Shown: positions 8,886-16,715, numbered from the stretch's first letter. The stretch: 20,000 bases of DNA from an uncultured virus (IMG/VR IMGVR_UViG_3300025151_000026) (IMGVR_UViG_3300025151_000026); one strand, 5' to 3'. Numbers and translations: made by a program. The notes: a model not told the origin generated them from the letters alone.

Positions 8886-9907
8886 GGTAACGAACTCCTG
8901 CGAGTAGTCATGCCAGTGGCCTGAATCAATTCTTCATCTAAATCGCCTTCATGAATATCGGCTCGTAGTTGCCAACGAGTAAGGTCTTGTTTAAACTCTT
9001 GAAGATTCTTTTCCGTGACGGGAATACCAATATCTAACATTTTCTTAGCAATCAGAAAATCAGCACCATCAATTAATAAATATTTTACAAAAGCCCGAGC
9101 AATTTGATAATCTTTAAACAAAATAGGATTTTGTGGACCGTTAGTTTCGGTATTCCAACCAGCCGGATCTTCGCCAATGGCTTGTCCAACCCAAGATGGT
9201 AAACGATTTCGCACATTACCTACGGGATATGACATATCTACAGTTGGGTCATAAGGGTATCCGTTTTCACGAGATTCACCCGTAGCATAAACTTGTGAAC
9301 CTATGGGATAGCCCGGACCAGCATCATTAGTAGAAACTTCATCAGGACCACTCCAGAAAACACCCCATGTAGAGCCGGGAAGAACGTAAATAGGTGGGTC
9401 AATACCGTGTTTAAAGGATTCTACTGTAAAGAGATTAGCAAAATTAGGTTCTGGAAATGGAACTGTAAAACCACTTAAACCGTTAAGGGCTGAGTAATCA
9501 GGAGCATCGTAGTAATAATTTTCATCTACAAATATATTTAAGTTAGCCGGTGGTGGCCACACAGATAAGAAATCAATGATAATCATTTGATTATCTAAAA
9601 CCTGAGCCGAAGTTTTGATATTGTTGCCAAATTGTCCTGTAAATAAACCAACAGGTTGTCCTCCCGGAATCACAGGAATTATAATGTTGTCGTTAATATT
9701 ATTATTATACTGGTTGTCTGGGGGTGTAGGTGGAACGCTGCCCGGAGGATTACCCCAATTAGCAATAGGAGTTACATAAGGATTACAGTCTAACACAGGA
9801 TAGCCCAAACAATAAGTTTTAGCACCTTCTAAACTTCCTTGTGTCGGACGATCTGGATTAGCAGCAACTACGTTGCGCCATTCATACGCCTGTCGCCTAA
9901 CAGCCAT
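8882..9907 (-). CDS. Hypothetical virion protein (~341 aa), paralog of 6942-8885
   Basis: Start moved to ATG 9907 (MAVRRQAYEWR), 19 nt from the promoter box; conserved blocks shared with the downstream gene. Confidence 0.65.
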   Translation of the reverse strand: MAVRRQAYEWRNVVAANPDRPTQGSLEGAKTYCLGYPVLDCNPYVTPIANWGNPPGSVPPTPPDNQYNNNINDNIIIPVIPGGQPVGLFTGQFGNNIKTSAQVLDNQMIIIDFLSVWPPPANLNIFVDENYYYDAPDYSALNGLSGFTVPFPEPNFANLFTVESFKHGIDPPIYVLPGSTWGVFWSGPDEVSTNDAGPGYPIGSQVYATGESRENGYPYDPTVDMSYPVGNVRNRLPSWVGQAIGEDPAGWNTETNGPQNPILFKDYQIARAFVKYLLIDGADFLIAKKMLDIGIPVTEKNLQEFKQDLTRWQLRADIHEGDLDEELIQATGMTTRRSSLP

Positions 9908-9926
9908 AAACTCAATGGGTTGCACT

Positions 9927-9936
9927 ACTATTTATA
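9927..9936 (-). promoter_or_regulatory. TATA-like promoter box TATAAATAGT, containing the TAA stop of the upstream gene
   Basis: Exact motif; 19 nt upstream of ATG 9907. Confidence 0.72.
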
Positions 9937-10198
9937 TCTCTTGACGGTTAATGGCAGCATAAAAAATATATTTTAAGGCTTGTTTCCATTTATCCTCTAA
10001 CCAAGTGCCTTTGCCCACCAGAGGGATAGAAGTATCAAGTTTAACATTAAAAACAGAGGGATACTCATCAAAAACAAGATACTGAATCAGATCTTTCTTT
10101 TTACCAGACACAGGTAAATCCTTGGCCTTTAACAATTCTTTGAGTTCGGCTATAGTCATATTGACATAAATATTATATCTCTTGACCCAGCCGGACAT
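9932..10198 (-). CDS. Small SAP-domain (DNA-binding) protein
   Basis: MTIAELKELLKAKDLPVSGKKKDLIQYL fits the SAP consensus (LxVxELKxxLKxxGLxxSGxKxxLIxRL). Start is either ATG 10198 (20 nt from a variant box) or ATG 10159. Confidence 0.75.
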   Translation of the reverse strand: MSGWVKRYNIYVNMTIAELKELLKAKDLPVSGKKKDLIQYLVFDEYPSVFNVKLDTSIPLVGKGTWLEDKWKQALKYIFYAAINRQEI

Positions 10199-10218
10199 AA
10201 AGATAATAGGTGTTACCA

Positions 10219-10228
10219 ACTATATGTA
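10219..10228 (-). promoter_or_regulatory. Degenerate promoter box TACATATAGT
   Basis: Two mismatches to consensus, but the same 20-nt spacing to ATG 10198. Confidence 0.45.
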
Positions 10229-10236
10229 GTTAAGGC

Positions 10237-10692
10237 TCACATAGGTGCGCCATTACTGAAACGCTCGCTGTAGTATTCCTTCTGGATAGCCAATTCACCA
10301 ATAAGGCTGACATTGACGGTGCGAGTAGCAGTAGTAGCAGTAGTTACGCTAACAGTAACTGCAAGCGGTTGCTGGAAAAGCACCAAAATTGGAGTAGAGA
10401 AAGCGAGAACTGGTCCACCTTGGTTGATGTTGGAGAAAACCCAACTAATGTCAAAAGCGTTGGAAGGAACGTTGTTAGGTCCAACTTGAATGGAAACAGT
10501 AAAATCAGTTTCGGAAGTGGCTACTGTGCCAGCAGCGTCAAGAATGTTAACAGCAATAGCGTAAAGACGGACTTCTTCGTTATTTGCTTGATTTGTGAAA
10601 ATTGTTTGAGTATTTACAGTGCCAGCAGTAGTCGCTCCAGTAAATGTATGGGTTGTGGAGTAAATCTCTGGTTGTGGATCTTGATTTGCCAT
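10237..10692 (-). CDS. Small beta-rich structural protein (151 aa), candidate single jelly-roll capsid protein, paralog A
   Basis: Thr/Val-rich strands throughout; over half identical by eye to 10746-11219; own promoter plus an AGGTGA ribosome site at 10699-10704. Confidence 0.6.
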   Translation of the reverse strand: MANQDPQPEIYSTTHTFTGATTAGTVNTQTIFTNQANNEEVRLYAIAVNILDAAGTVATSETDFTVSIQVGPNNVPSNAFDISWVFSNINQGGPVLAFSTPILVLFQQPLAVTVSVTTATTATRTVNVSLIGELAIQKEYYSERFSNGAPM

Positions 10693-10726
10693 CTTAAGTC
10701 ACCTATACATATTGTTGTGTTGCACG

Positions 10727-10736
10727 ACTATTTATA
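10727..10736 (-). promoter_or_regulatory. TATA-like promoter box TATAAATAGT (leadered transcript)
   Basis: Exact motif; 34 nt upstream of ATG 10692, with a Shine-Dalgarno in the extra leader. Confidence 0.72.
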
Positions 10737-10745
10737 TCTTATGCT

Positions 10746-11219
10746 TCATCGGACCCCACGAGGATTACGTCGCTGACGTTGGGAATAGTATTCTTTTTGA
10801 ATAGCAATTTCAGCAATCAGGGTGCAGACAACGGTTCTTTGAGCCGCTAAAGTCGCACCTGTAGTAGATTCCAAAGAAACTTGAACTGCTAAAGGTTGTT
10901 GAAACAGAGCCAAGATGGGTGAAGTAAAAGTCAAAGTTTTGTCGTCTTTGAAATTAATCACAGTAGCATCAAATGGATTGGAAGGAATATTATTGGGTCC
11001 GACTTGAATAGTGATAGCAAAATCAGTATCAGTGGTAGCGGTGGTGACGGGGGCACCATTTTCATTAAGTATATCTACCATAATGGCGTAAATACGAACT
11101 TCTTCGTTGTTAGCCTGATTAGTAAAAATAGTAGAGGTGGCTACATCTCCGGTAGTGTTAGCATTTGTAAACACCGCACGAGTAGTATACAACTCTGGTT
11201 GTGGATCTTGATTGACCAT
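10746..11219 (-). CDS. Small beta-rich structural protein (157 aa), candidate single jelly-roll capsid protein, paralog B, Arg-rich C-tail
   Basis: Shares NQDPQPE, TIFTNQANNEEVR, IQVGPNN, LFQQPLAV and AIQKEYYS with 10237-10692; ends QRQRRNPRGVR. Confidence 0.6.
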   Translation of the reverse strand: MVNQDPQPELYTTRAVFTNANTTGDVATSTIFTNQANNEEVRIYAIMVDILNENGAPVTTATTDTDFAITIQVGPNNIPSNPFDATVINFKDDKTLTFTSPILALFQQPLAVQVSLESTTGATLAAQRTVVCTLIAEIAIQKEYYSQRQRRNPRGVR

Positions 11220-11239
11220 AAGAGTAATAGCACCCCCTT

Positions 11240-11249
11240 ACTATTTATA
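11240..11249 (-). promoter_or_regulatory. TATA-like promoter box TATAAATAGT
   Basis: Exact motif; 20 nt upstream of ATG 11219. Confidence 0.75.
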
Positions 11250-11251
11250 AC

Positions 11252-11647
11252 TTACTTTCCATCTCTCATTCGCAGTTCTTCCCACATCCAATCGTCATTA
11301 GGTGCTGCGTATTGAGGTTCAATGAACTTCGGTGGAGCAGGAGGTTCAGGAGGGGCTGGAGGCAAGACAGGAAGGGATTTATCCATTAAAAGTCCGGGGA
11401 GAACTCCAGTGATTTTCTCTTTCCACACATACTTACGAGTAAACCACCAAGTTAAAGGCATGAAAATAAAGACATCTATGAGAATAGCCCAAGGTCCAAA
11501 TTGTTTAGAGGTAGCATTAATTTGTTCTTGTGTTTCTACAGGACCTAACATACCATCTTGCCAAATGTATCCAAGCCAAAGTCCACAGATAGCCATCACG
11601 ATAAAGATGGTAAAAATCAGGGCTTGAACAAAAGTAAGACGGGACAT
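11252..11647 (-). CDS. Hypothetical membrane protein (131 aa; 2 TM, Pro-rich tail)
   Basis: Hydrophobic stretches ALIFTIFIVMAICGLWLGYIW and WAILIDVFIFMPLTWWF; PVLPPAPPEPPAPP tail. Confidence 0.7.
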   Translation of the reverse strand: MSRLTFVQALIFTIFIVMAICGLWLGYIWQDGMLGPVETQEQINATSKQFGPWAILIDVFIFMPLTWWFTRKYVWKEKITGVLPGLLMDKSLPVLPPAPPEPPAPPKFIEPQYAAPNDDWMWEELRMRDGK

Positions 11648-11671
11648 ATCTGGACTCCAATTCGCCTTTTA

Positions 11672-11681
11672 GTTATTTATA
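11672..11681 (-). promoter_or_regulatory. TATA-like promoter box TATAAATAAC
   Basis: Variant motif; 24 nt upstream of ATG 11647. Confidence 0.6.
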
Positions 11682-11698
11682 TTTACGGTATTCTTGCA

Positions 11699-12169
11699 TC
11701 ATGAATCACGAAATAACTCGTCTTCAGTATTCCATTCAGGAACAGGTTCTAAATCTATTTCGGGTGGCACAGATAACGGATCGTTAGAAAGTAGGAAATC
11801 ATGAACTCGTGGAGCCAAATCATCTAACTTTTCATCAATGCTACTGCCCTTTTCTTCGGAAATCTGTTCTAATTTACTAAAGAAACTGGCTAAAATAGCA
11901 GTGCCACGATAAAACTCGGGTGTAAAGGCTTTGCGTTGCATTTCAGAAATCCTTTCAGCAGACCGTTGAGCCACAATAGCCAAAATAACGGCAGCCAAGT
12001 TAGTAGACATAATAAAAGCCAACATTTGATAGTTCAACCAAAAACTGGGAGTTATTATTTGAGCAATAGTTTGAGTTAGCAGGGCTAATCCTAATGAAAG
12101 GAAAACCATGGTCTTTGCGCTAATAAAATCTGTCTGATTAAAATCATTCCATTCACTTTTTGATGACAT
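11699..12169 (-). CDS. Hypothetical membrane protein (~156 aa; 2 TM)
   Basis: Two hydrophobic segments. Start moved to ATG 12169 (MSSKSEW), which follows GAGGAGGTG at 12177-12185; overlaps the end of the upstream gene. Confidence 0.7.
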   Translation of the reverse strand: MSSKSEWNDFNQTDFISAKTMVFLSLGLALLTQTIAQIITPSFWLNYQMLAFIMSTNLAAVILAIVAQRSAERISEMQRKAFTPEFYRGTAILASFFSKLEQISEEKGSSIDEKLDDLAPRVHDFLLSNDPLSVPPEIDLEPVPEWNTEDELFRDS

Positions 12170-12638
12170 GAAGATACACCTCCTCAAATATTTCTATATA
12201 TCCAATAATTTCGTAGTCGTAAGAAGCCAAAAGTTCACGAACTTTCTTCTCCCATTTTCGTCCCTTATCTAAGGCAAACTCTTCCAACCTAAATATACCT
12301 TGTTGTGCTAACATGATAAAATCTTCATAATAAACAAAGGGATATAATTTTTCTTTATACTCTATTTCGTGGAACTCAGAGGCTACTTGGTGCACATCTT
12401 CTAATTGTTCCATAAGTTTACGCTCAAAAAAGTCGGCACCCATTTGTTGTTTGATAGGATCTTCTACTCCGATACCAGCAGACAGCCTTTCAGCCATCAT
12501 TTCCCATTCACGTTCAATGATAGCATCCCATCGTTGGCGGTCAGCATCATATTCCAAACCTAAATTAAGTCGGCGGTCTTTGAGATAATCGTTCCGCTTA
12601 GAACTAAGATATTCTAACCAGAGTTCCGACTCTTCCAT
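12153..12638 (-). CDS. Hypothetical soluble acidic, helical protein (~161 aa)
   Basis: ORF in the co-oriented run; ATG 12638 lies 20 nt from a variant box; no family recognised. Confidence 0.65.
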   Translation of the reverse strand: MEESELWLEYLSSKRNDYLKDRRLNLGLEYDADRQRWDAIIEREWEMMAERLSAGIGVEDPIKQQMGADFFERKLMEQLEDVHQVASEFHEIEYKEKLYPFVYYEDFIMLAQQGIFRLEEFALDKGRKWEKKVRELLASYDYEIIGYIEIFEEVYLHVIKK

Positions 12639-12658
12639 AAGCAATCATAGGTGGGTCA

Positions 12659-12668
12659 CCTACTTATA
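12659..12668 (-). promoter_or_regulatory. Variant promoter box TATAAGTAGG
   Basis: Two mismatches; 20 nt upstream of ATG 12638. Confidence 0.55.
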
Positions 12669-12671
12669 TCT

Positions 12672-12884
12672 TCATTGGCTAAAATAGTTGATAGCCGTGG
12701 CACTTATCCACGAAAAGGTGCCGACAATGGCAACCATAGAAATAAAATCTTTAGTATCGGGTAAAACAATTTGTGGGAATTGAATAGGTCCATCATCTTG
12801 CCAAGCACCTAATTGATAATGAAATAAGGCTTCTACTAAGAAAGCAGCAAAAGTAATACCGATAACTAAATTGGTTTTTGTCAT
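12672..12884 (-). CDS. Small membrane protein (70 aa; 2 TM)
   Basis: LVIGITFAAFLVEALF and FISMVAIVGTFSWISATAI; GGTGA site 4 nt upstream of ATG. Confidence 0.65.
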   Translation of the reverse strand: MTKTNLVIGITFAAFLVEALFHYQLGAWQDDGPIQFPQIVLPDTKDFISMVAIVGTFSWISATAINYFSQ

Positions 12885-12888
12885 AGTA

Positions 12889-13968
12889 TCACCGATCCCA
12901 TTTGAATTGAGGGTTTATCTTAAACTTATCCATAATCATTTCAGACGCAAGATTTCCAAAAATGGTTCCCAGTGCCCCGATTAGACATCCAATAATTATA
13001 CCTTTTAACATAACGGAAGCGTCATCGTCATCATAAAGATTGGCTACTTCAGGATGTTTCCGAAGGTATTGAGTAACCGAAGAAGGAGGGTTATCATTTT
13101 TCAAACGAGGGTCACGAGCAGCCGCAGGGTCGTGATACACTTTCCCCACAGGTGCGGTAAATCTCTCCCAATCCAACCAAGATTCTTTTTTCTTAATTTT
13201 ATTTAATATTTCCTTTCTTTTAGATTTTGATAATTCAGTCCAAGAATCCATAACTCCAAGATTCGCAAGCCTATCTCCTAAAAATCCCGATTTTCTATCA
13301 ATTTCTTTAAAACTCATTGTTGATAATTTATCAACTGAATATTCAGCCTCTGCTAAGAATTGGTCGTCCCATGATGATAATAAATTATCCATGATGTCAT
13401 CAATAGCCTGATTCAACTGCAGATTGTCTGTATCTGCTAAAATATCTTCTCTTTCTTCTTCAGACAAATTGTCATACCATCGGTATGCTACTCGTTCACG
13501 AGTATCTTCGTCGCCGGTGAGAGCAATATATATTTTTAATACGTCTTCAGAAGCACCATTTACCCAATCTTCAGACCAGTTTTCATAAGCCTGCTCGGTA
13601 GCCATTTGTGGATCGTAATAAGAATCGTCATACCCTTCTTCGCTTTGATACATTACGGGTTTAGTATAATGTCCACCACAAGAAGTGCCGGGGCCTTGAA
13701 AACGACCTCCAAGGACTCTACAATCACTCATAGTAGTTTCCATACACCTGCCATCAGGTAGCAAACAGGCACCAAACCAATTAGAATAAGGTGTAGCGTT
13801 GAACTCTTCCATTTCCAATAACATATCTATTTGACTATCAGTCATAATTTCCATAAGGTAATCAATAGAATCTTCCTCATCAGAATCAGGGTGAGCGTCT
13901 AACCACGCCACATATTCTCTAAGTTGGCGGTCAGAAATTATATCTAATAAAACTGACAGTTCGGTCAT
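12889..13968 (-). CDS. Acidic mosaic protein (359 aa) with a Cys-rich module and a C-terminal TM anchor
   Basis: GACLLPDGRC...DC...GGRFQGPGTSC module; C-terminal VMLKGIIIGCLIGALGTIFG; ATGA overlap with the upstream gene. Confidence 0.7.
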   Translation of the reverse strand: MTELSVLLDIISDRQLREYVAWLDAHPDSDEEDSIDYLMEIMTDSQIDMLLEMEEFNATPYSNWFGACLLPDGRCMETTMSDCRVLGGRFQGPGTSCGGHYTKPVMYQSEEGYDDSYYDPQMATEQAYENWSEDWVNGASEDVLKIYIALTGDEDTRERVAYRWYDNLSEEEREDILADTDNLQLNQAIDDIMDNLLSSWDDQFLAEAEYSVDKLSTMSFKEIDRKSGFLGDRLANLGVMDSWTELSKSKRKEILNKIKKKESWLDWERFTAPVGKVYHDPAAARDPRLKNDNPPSSVTQYLRKHPEVANLYDDDDASVMLKGIIIGCLIGALGTIFGNLASEMIMDKFKINPQFKWDR

Positions 13969-14246
13969 CCTTGTGCCTCCTTGATCTCTTCTGTTAGACC
14001 GAGAGCAAGGATTACAAAGGGTATACTCATTAGAGCATAATCAGTCCAACCAAACGCATCTGACGGCCAGCCGTATTGACGATAGGTGCGAGCCACACCC
14101 AGAAGTGTAGAAGTAAAGAAAGCAGCCGAACCAACGGCAGGAATCAAAAGACCACGCCATGCCTTACGGCGGGCTTGTTGTTGAGCATCAACTTCAGCCT
14201 CAACGTTTTCTTTCAAATGTTGTTGTTCGTCACCAACTTGAGTCAT
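13965..14246 (-). CDS. Small membrane protein (~93 aa; 2 TM)
   Basis: Start moved to ATG 14246 (MTQVGDEQQ), after GAGGTGA at 14251-14257; two hydrophobic segments. Confidence 0.65.
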   Translation of the reverse strand: MTQVGDEQQHLKENVEAEVDAQQQARRKAWRGLLIPAVGSAAFFTSTLLGVARTYRQYGWPSDAFGWTDYALMSIPFVILALGLTEEIKEAQG

Positions 14247-14250
14247 AACT

Positions 14251-14793
14251 TCACCTCGTAAGGAGTGCTGCGCCTGCACCAAGAATACCGACAATAGCCA
14301 TGCTACGCCAAGGAATTGAAGTTTCTGGCTCTACTTGCATTCCACTGATTTCTTCAGTTTCTTCTGCATTTCCGGTTACTACGGACGGATCATCCGAAGT
14401 TCGGCATCCGAAAACATTAGACCACAAAGGATTACACAGACGATTTTCTGTCATCCAGCGAGAAAATGAACCCGGCATAGATTGGTCAAGATAAGTATAA
14501 TCTTGCATATCAGCACCACTGGAAGGCATCCATTTCATAGTAGAACGACCTGAAGCAGTATAAGGAATACCGGCTTGACCATAGGGTTGGTAAGCATTAC
14601 CAGATTGGTCTAAAGTAGTAAGAGTTGGAACCCATGCCATCCATGGCACGGTAGAAGGGGCTTTAGAAATAGGGTCTCCGCCCGCAGTGTATCCAATGAT
14701 TTCCTGTTTCTTAGACGGGTCAGAAGGATCTTGAACATAACACTTACGGTTATACAAGTCACCTCGGTCACAAGTGATGTTATAGCCAGCCAT
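14251..14793 (-). CDS. Hypothetical protein (180 aa) with two Cys pairs and a C-terminal TM anchor
   Basis: Own promoter; C-terminal WRSMAIVGILGAGAALLTR. Confidence 0.7.
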   Translation of the reverse strand: MAGYNITCDRGDLYNRKCYVQDPSDPSKKQEIIGYTAGGDPISKAPSTVPWMAWVPTLTTLDQSGNAYQPYGQAGIPYTASGRSTMKWMPSSGADMQDYTYLDQSMPGSFSRWMTENRLCNPLWSNVFGCRTSDDPSVVTGNAEETEEISGMQVEPETSIPWRSMAIVGILGAGAALLTR

Positions 14794-14813
14794 GTATATT
14801 ATACGGTCAGCCG

Positions 14814-14823
14814 ACTATTTATA
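14814..14823 (-). promoter_or_regulatory. TATA-like promoter box TATAAATAGT
   Basis: Exact motif; 20 nt upstream of ATG 14793. Confidence 0.75.
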
Positions 14824-14824
14824 C

Positions 14825-15745
14825 TTAATCTTCAGTAGAATCTTCGTCTTGACTCTTAGCAAAACGATTCAAAAGCATAACGGCGGCAATCAAACCGAGT
14901 GTGCCGATACCAGCAGAAATAAAAGCGTTTCTTTTCAACTTGCCACCTTCAGTATTAAAATCACGCATAAAGCGGTCATCAAGGTAAGCATCTTCACCTA
15001 CGGTGGGGAATCCTTGAGCCTCAATAATCATATCTAACAAGTCGTCTGCGAAAGGTCCACCTGCACTGACATGAACACCATCGTCTTCACGATAAACTCG
15101 CACTTGACCTTCAGAAACCATATCTGACCAGTCATCGTGGGCAGTTAAGCGACGGTATAAATCTTTGGAAACGGTAAAGGTTTCAAAGTTTTCAGGAATC
15201 TCTTTTTCGTCTTGGACTTCTACAGTATCTGCGCCATAAGTAATACATGGGTCTTGACCACAGCCACAGTTTTTCTTTTCAGTTTCTGCCGACATACTCA
15301 TAGGACCAATGTTATCATCGTCATCTTCACCGTTAAATGGCGTAGCATTTATATTTACTACGGCATCAGTGCCGGGGGTGGCGGTTGTCATGGAAGCAGA
15401 ATTACTGCCGATAACACGACCGTTGCCATCAGGTTGGAAAGTTTCGTCACCAATCATAGCCACTTCTTCTACACCATCGGCTTGTTCTTCTGCCACAGGT
15501 GCATCAACAACATCAGCCACGTTTTCTGAAGCCTTGGCTTCTTCCATGCCGGGATAAGTAATATCTATACCAGATTCTTTAGAAACACGTTCTGCTTCTG
15601 CTTTGGAACAGACTTTGTGACAGTTATAAGTTTTACCTTTATATTTATATTCGCCTTTGATACCATAAGATTTTTTCTTAACAATACCTGTGACTTTACC
15701 TTTAACAGATTTCTTGAGTGGTAAACAATAAAAACTATACTTCAT
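14825..15745 (-). CDS. Mosaic protein (306 aa): Lys-rich N-domain, acidic linkers, CGCGQDPC motif, C-terminal TM
   Basis: Compositionally distinct blocks; TM AFISAGIGTLGLIAAVMLL; GGTGA site 4 nt upstream of ATG. Confidence 0.7.
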   Translation of the reverse strand: MKYSFYCLPLKKSVKGKVTGIVKKKSYGIKGEYKYKGKTYNCHKVCSKAEAERVSKESGIDITYPGMEEAKASENVADVVDAPVAEEQADGVEEVAMIGDETFQPDGNGRVIGSNSASMTTATPGTDAVVNINATPFNGEDDDDNIGPMSMSAETEKKNCGCGQDPCITYGADTVEVQDEKEIPENFETFTVSKDLYRRLTAHDDWSDMVSEGQVRVYREDDGVHVSAGGPFADDLLDMIIEAQGFPTVGEDAYLDDRFMRDFNTEGGKLKRNAFISAGIGTLGLIAAVMLLNRFAKSQDEDSTED

Positions 15746-15749
15746 TTAA

Positions 15750-16307
15750 TCACCAACCGAAGGTTTGAGCCTCGTAAGAAACTCGTGGAGCAAATAAATC
15801 TGCGGAAGGGGCGAAACCAAAGGCTTCTTGTCCTACGGCAGAACCGTAAATACCATGAGATCCAAAGTCTACATGGTCAGCGTTAGCAATTGGCTCAAAT
15901 AAATATTGAGCATCATCAGCCAAGTAAGCAGTTTGTTCTACTTGTTCAGCATTACTTTCTTCTTCACTATGCTTTTCCATTTCGCTTTCGTAAGCGTTTT
16001 GAGTAGCCTCTAACAAGGATTCATATCGCTTAATTTCATCTTGGGCTACGTTACCACGAGTCATACGACCCAGACCGTAAGCCAAAGGTGCAACACCAAA
16101 AACAATGGCTACTAAGGTGCGATGAGCACCTAAAACATCAAACTTGGCTTTGTCTAAACCACAGAAGGCTAAAGTGCCTGCACCTAAGAATAAAGGAATA
16201 CCAGTAGAGGGATTAAGGGCTTCTTTTTCAAGAGAAGATGGTTCACGAGGCGTATCATCGCCTTCACCAAACAAGATTTGGTTTCTTAATGACGCAAAGT
16301 CTACCAT
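15750..16307 (-). CDS. Hypothetical membrane protein (185 aa; N-terminal hydrophobic segments, coiled/acidic C-half)
   Basis: GIPLFLGAGTLAFCGL and TLVAIVFGVAPLAYGLG; own promoter. Confidence 0.68.
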   Translation of the reverse strand: MVDFASLRNQILFGEGDDTPREPSSLEKEALNPSTGIPLFLGAGTLAFCGLDKAKFDVLGAHRTLVAIVFGVAPLAYGLGRMTRGNVAQDEIKRYESLLEATQNAYESEMEKHSEEESNAEQVEQTAYLADDAQYLFEPIANADHVDFGSHGIYGSAVGQEAFGFAPSADLFAPRVSYEAQTFGW

Positions 16308-16327
16308 ACTAATACCTTCGGCTTACA

Positions 16328-16337
16328 ACTATTTATA
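16328..16337 (-). promoter_or_regulatory. TATA-like promoter box TATAAATAGT
   Basis: Exact motif; 20 nt upstream of ATG 16307. Confidence 0.75.
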
Positions 16338-16340
16338 CTT

Positions 16341-16715
16341 TCAGTTGGCACCAACGGCACGACCAAAGTAATTTGCTCCGAAAATAGGCTCAGTGGTCAT
16401 AAGTGTGTAAGAATAGGCTGTCCAATCAGAACGAACCGTGTCTTCTACATTGTTAGAGGTTTGTCCAACTGGATAAGTATAGTTGACATTTTGTCCGACG
16501 GCTTGTCCTCCCATGATACCACGGTCGGTGCCGATTACAGGGATTGTTCCCCAATTGTTGACTAAATGTTCTTTGCCAGTTTCAGTGTGGGCTTCTTTGG
16601 TTTCTTCAGTAGCCTCGCTACTGTCGTTCATTCTGCCCTTGATATAACTGCCTACAACAAGAGTTACCAGAGCGATTGGGATACCAATCATTAAACCTTC
16701 AGTTACTGCTGACAT
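16341..16715 (-). CDS. Hypothetical protein (~124 aa) with an N-terminal TM anchor
   Basis: GLMIGIPIALVTLVVGSYI; start moved to ATG 16715, 20 nt from the promoter box. Confidence 0.68.
   Translation of the reverse strand: MSAVTEGLMIGIPIALVTLVVGSYIKGRMNDSSEATEETKEAHTETGKEHLVNNWGTIPVIGTDRGIMGGQAVGQNVNYTYPVGQTSNNVEDTVRSDWTAYSYTLMTTEPIFGANYFGRAVGAN

Noticed and set aside
11252..14246. Holin/lysis cassette call for the small 2-TM proteins
   Set aside because: Size and topology are compatible, but there is no adjacent recognisable endolysin or family motif, so they are left as hypothetical membrane proteins.
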